Source of the DNA: Giardia intestinalis
Lineage: Eukaryota
Reading direction: 5' to 3' (one strand)
Length of the DNA: 64,000 nucleotides
NCBI GenBank assembly: GCA_000002435.2
Contig: CM018793.1
The notes beneath the pieces are model-generated. The model was not told where the DNA came from, made no database searches, and saw nothing but the letters and a program-made list of their open reading frames with translations. Shown in pieces: positions 50,898 to 61,076 of this stretch; the first letter of the stretch is position 1; each line of letters starts with the position of its first letter. A program made the position numbers and the translations under genes.

Positions 50898-53800
50898 TCA
50901 AAGTTTAACACGTCTTCTAGTCTCTCTGTTTGCTTGGAGCTTTAAAATACGCTTTCTTACAGTCTGCGGTTTGCGGTGCAATATCGTTGCCAACTCAGTT
51001 ATCTGTGCGCTACCTAGCCCGCCTTTTTTCTTTGAGTACTGAATGATCACATTGTCCTCTTCCTTAGAGAAATGCCCGGTCTTGAAAGACAGCAGTTTCC
51101 ACTGCTCAATTAATTGGGCGACAGTAAAGCTACACCCCAGATCTATCATCAAAGCACCCATCACATCCTCTAGAGCGATTCCCCTCTTCATTTCTTTCTC
51201 AGTACGATCCACTATTAATCGATTGATATCAGGAGTAAACCCATTGTCACAAAGAAGATCACATTGGTTGTAGTCTTTATCTGACTGTACTTCTTCAGTT
51301 GAATTGTGCAGTGCGCCACTTCCAAAACTAAGATTGTCGTTCTCGCTCTCATGGACGCTTAATACGGGTACTTGAGGTACAGAGGGATTAACTCTGACAG
51401 AAGACGATCGATGACATTGCTGAGCTTCTGCATAGTCCAGGCTGGCAGCAGAGATGTCTCCTATTATCTCCTCAAGAGCAGCATCTGTAATAAGATCCTT
51501 GTTAATGACAAGGGCATTCAGATCTTTTCTGTATGTAGCTCCAGCATGCCGGGCTCTAAGATCGTACGTAGAGCCAGTAGCGTGTTGATTAATCAAAATG
51601 TTGTCCAACTTCTCTGCTTCATACTTAAAGAATAGGCTCCTGTGGGCTGGAATCTTGGATCGTTTGAACAGGTTAGTAATGCTCTCTTCGGTAAGATAAG
51701 CTGGCTCACAAACAATATTCAAGATCTGGCCGGCCAGCTCTTTGAGTTTCTGATGAGATGGTATGCTGGAAGGCTTGTCCAGAAATGTCACTAGCACCAG
51801 GATAGACTCCAAATTGCCAAATACTGCAGATGTGTGACCGCTATCTTTCATGCCAGCCCGCGTAAATAACTCGAGCATTCTGAAAATGAGCGAATAGACT
51901 TCTTCCTGGCCCTCGCCAAACAAAGACTTTTCAAGCATGCTGTCGGTGAAGATCAACAGCCCATTGATAAATGCAGAGCTGGAAATTTGTCGCGCCATAA
52001 ACATTCCAAGAGTGCATACTTCTGTTTCAGTGCTATCTACGTCTCCTATAGCATTTAGATCAAACTGTGCCACTGGTTCACCGCCATCTGTATCGTCGGT
52101 GGACCCATCAAGGGTGAGAACCCTTCCAGTGACGCTCTTAGTAGCAAATCCAGCTGCTACTGAGAACGTCTGCTCAGCGGTTAGAGAGAGTGCTTCTAGC
52201 ATACTATGAAAACGATCTTCTGTAGCCAGGAGTTGAGCATAAGAACAGAGACAGCGCAGCTCGGCACCTTTTTGGGGCACCCATGTCTCTAGCATGTGGG
52301 ACAGCGTGTGCAAACAGCTAATACTCATACGCAATGGCCGGCTGACACTCTGCAGCACAGGCATGATCTTATATAGTTGATCATTTTCACTCCGCAACCG
52401 TTTGGCTAGGGCATCGGTAGCCAACTTTTGGGCTTGGAAAGGAAGGGTGCTCATCACTGTCGCATTATTCTTTTCTGCAGACAGAAGAGCTAGTCGCTTG
52501 CCAAGGGAGGATACCGGTGCAGTTCCAAGATGGTATACAAGTTCAGTAATCCAATAGAAGCACGACAGCCCCGTGTCCCGCACATACCAGTTGGTATGGT
52601 CATTGAACCCCGACAGTGCAGTGGAATGCCGCTGCAATCCGCCAAATACTGAGTTTAGTACACGAATGGACGAGTCCACATACTTAAATACTTTGTCATC
52701 TCGCAAGAGGTGCATCTTCTCAGTGTCTGAAAGGTTCAGGGTGCTAAATATTATGTAGGCAGCAGATTGGGCAGCGAGGACAAACACGCAACAGAACATT
52801 GCATTGTTGAACTGATGATCTGTCTCTACACTATGCTGCTTGGTGTACAGTAGTTGTCTAGAGAAGCCTTGCTGCATCCCTAAACCTACTTGGCAGATGG
52901 AAGAAATATGGTCCATACAGTATGTAACGAATGTAAGCAAGTGGCCATCTCTGCATATGGCCATGAGAATCTCTCCATGGAAGGGTGTGAATACAGAGGG
53001 TTGTGATAGATAAGGCCATGTCACTGGTATCTTATGCACCGGAATAGTTTTTGCAGACGTAAGTGCAGTTGAGCGTCCTCTTCTAGCTGAACCTTTTTCA
53101 GCATCGTCTGATGACGTGATGCTATCTATATCGCTGATGATGCTATTATCATCAGACAAGCCTGGAATCACATCTCCCGAACTTGCTACAGCCTTTAGTC
53201 GTGTAAACGTGTTCCCCAAGGGTCTTCTGGGAGTATTTTTCCTGCATAATAGATAGTAATCCCCAAGTGCCATGTCTGTTGCGCCTATGTGTGACAATTG
53301 ACCGGGTACTATGATGGATGGAGATGATGGAAGGGCAGATACGGACGCATAACGGCTCATTCTTATGTGCGTATCAGTAGAAGGTGCCATTATCGGAGGT
53401 TGCAAGGATACTGATCCATCTACTGAGGGTCTATTATTAAAAGGGGTTCTCTCTTGATTTAAAGAGGGCCCCGGAAGGGTGCCAACTATGTTTAGCTTGA
53501 CCCTGGGAACTTTCACTGCAGCAGGGGGTTCTATACGTCTGAATGCCAACGGTTGGGTCGTGTCTTTACTGATACTATATAGAGATTGAGTGTGAAGCAA
53601 AACGGTAAGAAGTCTGAGAAGAGGAGCAGCAAGCCCGGCCATAACGTCTGTGGAAACCAAATTAGTAAGAATGACTAGCAGCTGTGGCAGATTTCCAGCG
53701 ATGCAGAGAGTAAGCAAGGTTTTAAACATGTCATCCTCATGGCCTCTGAAGTTATTGAACAATGATCTGGACGAGTCCCCCTTATGTGATGCTCCTTTCT

Positions 53801-54623
53801 GCAAGGAAGCACCTACCAATGGCTGCACACGGATTGCCAAAAGATTCTCCAAGAAGAAGAGCAAGGAAATGACGTCGTCAAGCAAGGCTGCTCTTTCCTT
53901 TAATAAGCTGTACCGGTCTTCAGTGTACTTCTTATGCTGCAAGCTAGCTAAGTCTGTTAATCCAAGGTGCTCAGATTGGGGGGACGGGCTCTCAAATAAG
54001 GATGGAGAAGCAGAGTCCGAGGCAATAGCGTCTCCTAGGTCTGTGCGCCCAAGCTGCTGAGTTCCTTGGTCTATAATGATAGATATGTCAGATAGTTCAG
54101 TGGACCGGATCGCAGCATCTGCGACAGATTGTTCTAATTGGGCATCCTCCTGTGGTTCACTGTTGTCCATGGCAATCTGAGGATTTAGGTCACTTTGCAA
54201 AACAGGCCGACTACGCAATTCCTCGAATTGCTGGTCTAAAAGAATGAGGCTATCATTGTTCTCTTTGAGCTGTTGGACCATGTCCAAAAGGAACAGTAAA
54301 ATCCCGTCTATTATGTTTTCCGCTACACACGAGGCTCTCAGCACTACGAGACTATTGTGGACTTGTGGTGGCATCGGGCCTATGATTACAGCTGAATCGA
54401 ATCCCATTCGCAAGATATTAATAATCAACGCCTTAACTGTTCGGTCGCCCATTCTATCTGTCAAGTATCTGGCCATATATGCACAGAAGTCTAAGCTTAT
54501 CAGAGCAGTGGCTGGATGCTCATAGTTTGTGAGAAGCTTGCTCACTTTATGAAGGTAGCGTGCACATCGATCGGCGTCTGTGGCTGTCTTTGCTTTATGA
54601 AAGTAATTAGATATCTTTTCCAT
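50898..54623 (-). CDS. Hypothetical protein, 1241 aa, with a possible C-terminal Myb/SANT-like helix-turn-helix
   Basis: Long ORF. The C-terminal roughly 60 aa (SKEEDNVIIQYSKKKGGLGSAQITELATILHRKPQTVRKRILKL) has the spacing of a Myb/SANT-like HTH, but with non-canonical aromatic positions. Confidence 0.65.
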   Translation of the reverse strand: MEKISNYFHKAKTATDADRCARYLHKVSKLLTNYEHPATALISLDFCAYMARYLTDRMGDRTVKALIINILRMGFDSAVIIGPMPPQVHNSLVVLRASCVAENIIDGILLFLLDMVQQLKENNDSLILLDQQFEELRSRPVLQSDLNPQIAMDNSEPQEDAQLEQSVADAAIRSTELSDISIIIDQGTQQLGRTDLGDAIASDSASPSLFESPSPQSEHLGLTDLASLQHKKYTEDRYSLLKERAALLDDVISLLFFLENLLAIRVQPLVGASLQKGASHKGDSSRSLFNNFRGHEDDMFKTLLTLCIAGNLPQLLVILTNLVSTDVMAGLAAPLLRLLTVLLHTQSLYSISKDTTQPLAFRRIEPPAAVKVPRVKLNIVGTLPGPSLNQERTPFNNRPSVDGSVSLQPPIMAPSTDTHIRMSRYASVSALPSSPSIIVPGQLSHIGATDMALGDYYLLCRKNTPRRPLGNTFTRLKAVASSGDVIPGLSDDNSIISDIDSITSSDDAEKGSARRGRSTALTSAKTIPVHKIPVTWPYLSQPSVFTPFHGEILMAICRDGHLLTFVTYCMDHISSICQVGLGMQQGFSRQLLYTKQHSVETDHQFNNAMFCCVFVLAAQSAAYIIFSTLNLSDTEKMHLLRDDKVFKYVDSSIRVLNSVFGGLQRHSTALSGFNDHTNWYVRDTGLSCFYWITELVYHLGTAPVSSLGKRLALLSAEKNNATVMSTLPFQAQKLATDALAKRLRSENDQLYKIMPVLQSVSRPLRMSISCLHTLSHMLETWVPQKGAELRCLCSYAQLLATEDRFHSMLEALSLTAEQTFSVAAGFATKSVTGRVLTLDGSTDDTDGGEPVAQFDLNAIGDVDSTETEVCTLGMFMARQISSSAFINGLLIFTDSMLEKSLFGEGQEEVYSLIFRMLELFTRAGMKDSGHTSAVFGNLESILVLVTFLDKPSSIPSHQKLKELAGQILNIVCEPAYLTEESITNLFKRSKIPAHRSLFFKYEAEKLDNILINQHATGSTYDLRARHAGATYRKDLNALVINKDLITDAALEEIIGDISAASLDYAEAQQCHRSSSVRVNPSVPQVPVLSVHESENDNLSFGSGALHNSTEEVQSDKDYNQCDLLCDNGFTPDINRLIVDRTEKEMKRGIALEDVMGALMIDLGCSFTVAQLIEQWKLLSFKTGHFSKEEDNVIIQYSKKKGGLGSAQITELATILHRKPQTVRKRILKLQANRETRRRVKL

Positions 54624-54727
54624 AAGTAGCTTATCAAAGCTTTAAAGGTGCAATCGTACGTGTGAGGCAGCTTGGCTCACTGTCCAATTTTTGACTTATC
54701 GATACTTGCCAACGATTTTTTCAAAAA

Positions 54728-57163
54728 ATGGGTGCTGGTTGCAGCATGGGGCACAAATCCATTTACGAGCAGAACTTCTCCAGGTTTATGGACAGCTTCC
54801 GCACAAAGTATAAGGCCGAGGGCGGCCCCCTGACCAGAGAATTAACGCGAGGGGATGAGTTCTCCCGCCAAAACATCTTGCTATTCCAGCAAGCTCACAA
54901 TGAATCCGATCACGAGAGCTATGGGGGCATCCCTGGGGTTACCACTAAAGCTTCCTCTCCCATATTCCAGACCCCAAAGACGCAAGCAGATTATAGAGAA
55001 ATGATGTCACACTATGCCCGCCACCGGAGTAACAAAGCCCTTTTGGATCTAATAGTTATCACGCCTGTTTCACAGGAGTTTCTTATTTCCCTACTGGGTG
55101 CCCTTGAAACAACAGATGTGGCCGTCAGTCTTAACATTACACAGCAGAAGTTTGATATCATGGTAGTGAATGCTTTCTTGGCCATGTTATCAACTAATAA
55201 GTTTCTGGAGTGTCTTACCTTGAATAATTGCGGACTGACTGTCTCTTCATCTAAGGTTGTTGCGTCTGCGTTCAGGGCTATGGCAGTCAACCGTCTAGCT
55301 GCTTTATCTACTCGTAGCACTAAGTCTGCCCGCCGCCCTCTGGACGTCAGCCTACCCGAAATGCCCTTGATGACAACGTTGATGCCCTATACCGTCCATC
55401 CGTCGCTGAAATACCTTGACTTGTCATATAACCAGTTAAACGACGACGGAGTGATCCTGTTCATAGAGGCATTGCAGCACTGTAAGGAGATAGAGTACTT
55501 ATCCCTTGCGGCCACCGGGTGCCGAGACGGTGGGGTGACTGCACTGTGCGAGTACCTGCCCTATTTAAAACACCTAGCATATATAGACCTTTCTAAAAAT
55601 CCTGGAATAACATCGAGTTCTGTTAATACGTTTGTGCACGCATTTAAAACGAACCAAACCGTGCGACAATTGAATCTCCACATGTGTAATGTGGGAGAGA
55701 ACGGCCAATACCTAGTTAGTTATTATCTTAGTCGCAACCAGATCATGCGAGAAGCTCTTGATGACTTGATAGACAATGCACTAGCCCGTATAGACAACGT
55801 GCTGGATGGAGACAATACAAGAAGTAATATCACAAGTGCTGGGCATCCTCCTAGCAGTTTGCCAGATGAGCTTGTTATATACCAAGAAAAACCACAGATC
55901 TTTCAGGGCGCTAACCAGATTGCTCAGGAAAACATCCTTAGAAGGTTGCAAAACACCAAGGCGTCTATGCAGGATGTAATTCTTACAGAGATTTGCCGTA
56001 TCCTAGCTAACCCTCCTCCAAAGACATCTACTAGCTCACTAAAATCATGCAGCGAGCTTGGGCTGGGTGATCCTGAGCGGCCTCTTGATGCTGTGCTACA
56101 CGGATTCTCTATTTCTCAGTCAGAGACGATTGGAAGGCGTACCGAGATGGAGGATGTAACTATGATTATCAAGGACTTTGCATCGTACAGGAGGGGAAGG
56201 TCTTCATACAGAGGTGCGAAGTGCCATGAGTCAGGACACAAAGAAATATTACTGGGTATCTTCGATGGTCACGGAGGTACTGAGTGTTCCTCTATGGTGG
56301 GAGACCTCTTCCCAGTGGCCTTTGCAGATGCCCTCAATTCCGTCCTCTATGCTGCTCAGCTCAACCACGCCTATGATCTCCCAGACAGCGTCTGGGAGCC
56401 GCTCTTCGTCGGGGTCTTTCTCCGTCTAGATGATACTCTTCGCTTAAAGAACATACAGTCAGGATCAACCGCAGCTATATGCTTTATCCTTGACAATCTT
56501 GTTGTGTCAGCCAATTGTGGGGATTCGCGCACGGTCCTCACCCGTGACGAGGCCATGATTAAGTCGTTTGGTTGTGACTCTATGCTATATAAAGTAGAGG
56601 GGCCAACAAGAAGCTCGCGAATCAACGAAATATCCAGCGGATCTCTTCTTCAATTAGAGCAGTCCCAGACAGCGCAGCTTTCTGGCCATGCTATTATCAA
56701 CTCTGCTCGGTACTTTATGAATCCCGAAGAGACAAGTGAGGAAGCTCTTGTGTCTGCCAAGCGACGAGGAAAACGAGTTGAAGGCCTTTCACTACGCCTT
56801 AGTAAAGACCATAAACCCGATGACCCCACAGAGACACGTCGAATAGAAGCATCGGGGGGATACGTCCACGGAGGTCGTGTGATGGGGACATTGTCTGTTT
56901 GCCGATCCTTTGGAGATTTTGTGTACAAACCCTCCATTTCCGTTGTCCCCTTTGTCAGTGTTTATCACTTTCGTACCTATGATGCATGGATAGTGATAGC
57001 ATGCGATGGTTGCTGGGACTCAATCAGTGATATTGACGCAGCAATGCTTCTGTCTACCTGTCTATCATCACAAGCAGGGGCGCTTAAGCTACGTGACGAA
57101 GCATATCGGCTAAACAGTCAGGATAATATTTCTGTCATTACAGTTAGGCTGTATCTTGAATAG
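54728..57163 (+). CDS. Protein phosphatase 2C (PPM family) with an N-terminal leucine-rich-repeat region and a predicted N-terminal dual-acylation signal
   Basis: PP2C motifs LGIFDGHGGTECS, GSTAAICFI, ANCGDSRTVL, DHKPDDPTETRRIEASGGYV, GTLSVCRSFGDF and ACDGCWDSI. Upstream RNI-like LRRs (LKYLDLSYNQLNDDGVILFIEAL..., YLSLAATGCRDGGVTALCEYL..., YIDLSKNPGITSS...). The N-terminus MGAGCS fits an N-myristoylation (Gly2, Ser6) plus Cys palmitoylation signal. Confidence 0.85.
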   Translation: MGAGCSMGHKSIYEQNFSRFMDSFRTKYKAEGGPLTRELTRGDEFSRQNILLFQQAHNESDHESYGGIPGVTTKASSPIFQTPKTQADYREMMSHYARHRSNKALLDLIVITPVSQEFLISLLGALETTDVAVSLNITQQKFDIMVVNAFLAMLSTNKFLECLTLNNCGLTVSSSKVVASAFRAMAVNRLAALSTRSTKSARRPLDVSLPEMPLMTTLMPYTVHPSLKYLDLSYNQLNDDGVILFIEALQHCKEIEYLSLAATGCRDGGVTALCEYLPYLKHLAYIDLSKNPGITSSSVNTFVHAFKTNQTVRQLNLHMCNVGENGQYLVSYYLSRNQIMREALDDLIDNALARIDNVLDGDNTRSNITSAGHPPSSLPDELVIYQEKPQIFQGANQIAQENILRRLQNTKASMQDVILTEICRILANPPPKTSTSSLKSCSELGLGDPERPLDAVLHGFSISQSETIGRRTEMEDVTMIIKDFASYRRGRSSYRGAKCHESGHKEILLGIFDGHGGTECSSMVGDLFPVAFADALNSVLYAAQLNHAYDLPDSVWEPLFVGVFLRLDDTLRLKNIQSGSTAAICFILDNLVVSANCGDSRTVLTRDEAMIKSFGCDSMLYKVEGPTRSSRINEISSGSLLQLEQSQTAQLSGHAIINSARYFMNPEETSEEALVSAKRRGKRVEGLSLRLSKDHKPDDPTETRRIEASGGYVHGGRVMGTLSVCRSFGDFVYKPSISVVPFVSVYHFRTYDAWIVIACDGCWDSISDIDAAMLLSTCLSSQAGALKLRDEAYRLNSQDNISVITVRLYLE

Positions 57164-57172
57164 GTAGTTGGT

Positions 57173-58171
57173 CTAAATACTAATTTCCTCTTTGGCATTG
57201 CCCTCACTTTGCATTGCCATTCTTGATTTAGCTTCGCGTATCTCTTTGTATGCACTTGCTAATATATCTTGCTCACTAACTTTCAAGCCGTCGGCGTCCA
57301 TTTCTAAGACCCCGAGGGCAAGATTTTTTCTTTCACAAACAGATTGCTTTGTAATATTTTTAAATTCTATTCCTGTTTGATCTGCAGCATCTATAAGCAA
57401 GAACAGCAGGAGAATGACATATTCTGGCACAGTATACTTATCTGGCACAACGCGGTCTTCAACGTATTTCATATGGTCATGAAGTTTCAGTAGCGCCCTT
57501 CTTTGCTCCCCGCTGAGTTGGAGCTGATCTCCAAGGAGAGGAATAAACTCGCATGTACTTTGCAGGGCGTTGGGCTGCACCTTTTCTTTGATATCCTTCA
57601 ACTGCCGGTCCAATGGAGAGACCTTGCCTCCGATTCGTCCACAGCCTTGGATCTCCTTTTGGAGACGCTGTCGGGCAGTGGTAGAAGACATTCCTAAGTA
57701 CATCGATCGACCAGTCTTCTCATTGCGTTTACGCTCCTCTTGTTCAGCCAGTTCCACAGCCAAAAGGAGACAACTAGCCGCGATGACAACAATACTCCTG
57801 CTTTTCAGAAGCGTCTCTTTGTTCATCTTGTACTCGTTGAATATAGTGAGCGCCATGTTGGCATACTCTGCGTTGATTTTGCAGCGAGCACTCAAGCGTC
57901 TTATTTCGGTACTTGCAGCCTGAATGGTAGTGTACGCAGATGTCCTTTTGTCACCTGTGATGAAGATTTGCCGTTGAAAATCTGTGTGCTGTCGACCTGC
58001 AACGTTTCTGGCCTCTGCAGATTCCGAATCTCGAAAATTGCGGAACCCGAGACCTTCGTCCACGATTGCATTGGCCCATGCTCCACAGCGTGAGCACACA
58101 TATCTACCGATATCTTCGATTCTCACAAGCATGTTTGGGTCTGCATTGCACACAGGGCAGGGATTATTCAT
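57173..58171 (-). CDS. TFIIB-family general transcription factor (TFIIB/Brf-like; the length favours TFIIB)
   Basis: N-terminal zinc ribbon CPVCNADPNMLVRIEDIGRYVCSRCG (CxxC-x17-CxxC), followed by two cyclin-like helical repeats. 332 aa. Confidence 0.65.
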   Translation of the reverse strand: MNNPCPVCNADPNMLVRIEDIGRYVCSRCGAWANAIVDEGLGFRNFRDSESAEARNVAGRQHTDFQRQIFITGDKRTSAYTTIQAASTEIRRLSARCKINAEYANMALTIFNEYKMNKETLLKSRSIVVIAASCLLLAVELAEQEERKRNEKTGRSMYLGMSSTTARQRLQKEIQGCGRIGGKVSPLDRQLKDIKEKVQPNALQSTCEFIPLLGDQLQLSGEQRRALLKLHDHMKYVEDRVVPDKYTVPEYVILLLFLLIDAADQTGIEFKNITKQSVCERKNLALGVLEMDADGLKVSEQDILASAYKEIREAKSRMAMQSEGNAKEEISI

Positions 58172-58186
58172 TAGAATAAATTTCTT

Positions 58187-58438
58187 TTGATGAGAGACGT
58201 GACGATCATAACGGCGGAATTGACCCCTACGTTCTTTAAGAAAGTGCTAATGCTCAACCCAGACCTGGAGCGGCTGACAATTGGGCCCATCTCTAGCCTT
58301 TCCGAGAACCCGGACTTGGCATACCTTCCTCCTCGTCTACAAGAACTCAAACTTATTAATGTTCCCCCGCAGTTTACTGATGAAATCGTCAATCATATGA
58401 AACGAATGCACCCCCATATTAAGCTTATGCTTCTTTGA
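58187..58438 (+). CDS. Small ORF (83 aa) exactly filling the gap between two minus-strand genes; possible small protein
   Basis: The start is 16 bp from the divergent TFIIB-like start and the stop abuts the convergent neighbour, which is a Giardia-typical layout. The sequence has LRR-like character (LERLTIGPISSLSENPDLAYLPPRLQELKLINVP). There is no homology support. Confidence 0.3.
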   Translation: MMRDVTIITAELTPTFFKKVLMLNPDLERLTIGPISSLSENPDLAYLPPRLQELKLINVPPQFTDEIVNHMKRMHPHIKLMLL

Positions 58439-59164
58439 CTAAAGTTTTTCTGCTGAAGGAGAGGCCATTAATAGAGCATAAACATAAGCAAAGCTGGTCT
58501 TGAAGATAGCCGATCGCACTCCTGCTCTGATATAGTCTGGCGTGTACTTATTGTCGAGCTTGGCCCTTACAAACTCTCCAGCTGCTGCAGATGCGAACGC
58601 CCACGTCGCAACATCCATAGTAGAGGGGTTAGACCCAGAATTGATCATAGCTGCCCGTTTTCTGCCTACATCGTAAACCAGGTCAGATGCTGTGCTCACC
58701 AATACATCGCTCATAAAGCGTTTCCAGTACTCAGGGGTGGTCATCGATGGTTTGTCCAGCCTTTCTAATTCTAACTTGGGCCGGGATCTGACAGCTTTGT
58801 CGACTATAGACGGGGTCCTTGACGGTTGCATACTTGGCTTTCCTGTGTGCAAAGGGTCGCCTAAGCTTCCGGTGAATGCCAAGTCTACGCATTGATCCAA
58901 GAGGTCTGACAGAACAAGTTTAGTCGCGGCTCTGAGAGGATACTGCATGATACCAGGGACAGTTGTACAGTCTGGCTCACTGAAGATGTTGCTGCAGATG
59001 CCTCGATTTATCGCTACTGACTTCACGCTTTTATATAAGTACGTCTTTTTAGGTTGCAATTCGCCTGGAGCAATCCCAGCAATGGTCAAGCGGGTACCTG
59101 AGATAGAGTCACGCAGTAGCGAGCTCGTTATACCAGCAGTAACGGCGGCGATAGAAGAACGCAT
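58439..59164 (-). CDS. Hypothetical protein, 241 aa
   Basis: ORF with a start 57 bp from the divergent neighbour. No recognised domain. Confidence 0.5.
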   Translation of the reverse strand: MRSSIAAVTAGITSSLLRDSISGTRLTIAGIAPGELQPKKTYLYKSVKSVAINRGICSNIFSEPDCTTVPGIMQYPLRAATKLVLSDLLDQCVDLAFTGSLGDPLHTGKPSMQPSRTPSIVDKAVRSRPKLELERLDKPSMTTPEYWKRFMSDVLVSTASDLVYDVGRKRAAMINSGSNPSTMDVATWAFASAAAGEFVRAKLDNKYTPDYIRAGVRSAIFKTSFAYVYALLMASPSAEKL

Positions 59165-59220
59165 AACCTTTTTTCGCTTGTGGACAGTTTTTTAAAAAAA
59201 GAAGCCCTCTCTCTCCACAA

Positions 59221-61038
59221 ATGGAGTCTAACAAGAATCTTCATAGCCAGACCATCGATGCATTGCTGGCTGTTTTGGTGTTATGGACACTCCTTTCTAA
59301 TGTCTATAAAAATTTAGTCCTGCCGTTTTTGGACAACTCCTCTATCACTAGCGCTTCCACAATGACTGAAAAGTTGGGAGTGTATCCCCTCTTTTTCATG
59401 TCCAACTGGCTTGATGACTTGTTTATTACTCTCTTCGGAGCAAGATTTTATTTAAAGCTCAAGCACCGTTGCAAATCCACTACTGCCCCTGTCATACTTC
59501 TTCTTGTACTCTTCCTAGACAGCTACCTTGTTTTCATCCCTTATTCGGTAATATTTCTTTCGTATGACATGCCTCAAGGAAGGGACATCGGGCTATTCGT
59601 TATAGCATGGCTCTACTTTGGCAACTTTATTCCTTTTGTTGGCTCTTACACTTATAACTTTGCATGGCTTCCAGCGTTGCTTTTTCAATGTCAGATTATA
59701 ATGACCCTTATCTACTATGTTTCTGCCGCTCGCGAAATCTCCTTGGTAAGCGTCCTTTTTGTCGCCATGGGTGTCTCTCTGTTTATTTATGTGACTCTAA
59801 GCGCAATTTGCTATTTCTCTCTCACCCTAACAATTGAGTTCTTCATGCCGGTGGTATTTCATAATCCTCTTGCTGTATTTCACAACTTTTCTCTTGGCTT
59901 TCTGATATCCTACATGACGGATGATAAACGGCATAGCTACCTTAAGATAAATTGTCACGGAAAGCCGAGTACCCATGGGCCAGGGAGGATGGATTGCTTT
60001 AACACTTCTATTCCGTTACCAAAGGAGTCTAAGAATATAGATGAGAACGACGCAGTACAGAAGCCCTCTGATGCTGTGCCAGTTTGTTCACCGTGTAACC
60101 CTGCGGCACAACCAGAACATCCAGTTGACCCTGCGGATTCACAAACCTTGGCTCTTCGTTTGTCCCCTGAACGCCAGCCCGGTGCAGCCGACCCTCCATC
60201 TCCCGGTAGAGATGAGCGTGTTGAGCAATCTACTAAGCAAAGAGTCAAGTTTTGTTGCCCACGCAAGCCACGTCATGTGGAATCTATGCTTTCTCAAATT
60301 AGTCCACGACCTGGGAATAACGAAAGTTGCGGAAGTGCTCGATTTGTCCAGTCTACAATGGATGCTGCATTTTGGCACCCAAGAGCCGCTAGATACCGTC
60401 AGCGGTGCAAGTTCCTCTGCGAGAAAGTCATCAAAGAAGAAAGTCAGTGGTTATCCACCAAGCTCTACTCTCTCATCTATAATCACCGCCGCTTCGGAGA
60501 CATGCTGGCGATTATCCTCATCATGACCATTTACGGCACGTTCACGGCAATAGGAACAGAGACGGGGCTTATTTACAACCAAGTACCAAATGAGACTTTA
60601 GGAACTTACCAGGATAGCCCCAATGTGGCAAGCTACGTTGTCCTTCTATTGGCACGTATAATGGTCCCTGTTATGTTCTCTACTGCCCTTTACTATATTA
60701 TGATTTCCTCTACGTACGCCCTAGAGTGGCTCATGCACCGTGTGTTTCTGACGTGGATTGGAAAGAGTGCTCTTCCGATTCTATACATACAACCAGTTAT
60801 CATAAGCTTAATAAGCAGCAACATAGGCGCAATAAAAATAGGACCCTATTCTATCTCAATTTTTCTTCTCTACCTTTTGGGCGGTGTATTTGTTTGTATA
60901 CTAATAGGCACGTGCACGAACACACTCATGGAGGAGCTTGTCAGAGCCGTGATGAGCAAGAGCTGGTCGTCCTTTGATCGATATAAAGCTTCTCTCATTG
61001 CAAAGAGATACAGAAGACAGCTGAACGGGGAGAGGTAG
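59221..61038 (+). CDS. Hypothetical polytopic membrane protein, 605 aa
   Basis: Multiple hydrophobic helices in the N-terminal 250 aa and the C-terminal 200 aa flank a hydrophilic Pro/Ser-rich central loop. Confidence 0.6.
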   Translation: MESNKNLHSQTIDALLAVLVLWTLLSNVYKNLVLPFLDNSSITSASTMTEKLGVYPLFFMSNWLDDLFITLFGARFYLKLKHRCKSTTAPVILLLVLFLDSYLVFIPYSVIFLSYDMPQGRDIGLFVIAWLYFGNFIPFVGSYTYNFAWLPALLFQCQIIMTLIYYVSAAREISLVSVLFVAMGVSLFIYVTLSAICYFSLTLTIEFFMPVVFHNPLAVFHNFSLGFLISYMTDDKRHSYLKINCHGKPSTHGPGRMDCFNTSIPLPKESKNIDENDAVQKPSDAVPVCSPCNPAAQPEHPVDPADSQTLALRLSPERQPGAADPPSPGRDERVEQSTKQRVKFCCPRKPRHVESMLSQISPRPGNNESCGSARFVQSTMDAAFWHPRAARYRQRCKFLCEKVIKEESQWLSTKLYSLIYNHRRFGDMLAIILIMTIYGTFTAIGTETGLIYNQVPNETLGTYQDSPNVASYVVLLLARIMVPVMFSTALYYIMISSTYALEWLMHRVFLTWIGKSALPILYIQPVIISLISSNIGAIKIGPYSISIFLLYLLGGVFVCILIGTCTNTLMEELVRAVMSKSWSSFDRYKASLIAKRYRRQLNGER

Positions 61039-61076
61039 TTGATGGCCTGCTGAGTACTGAGCCATACAAACGTCTC

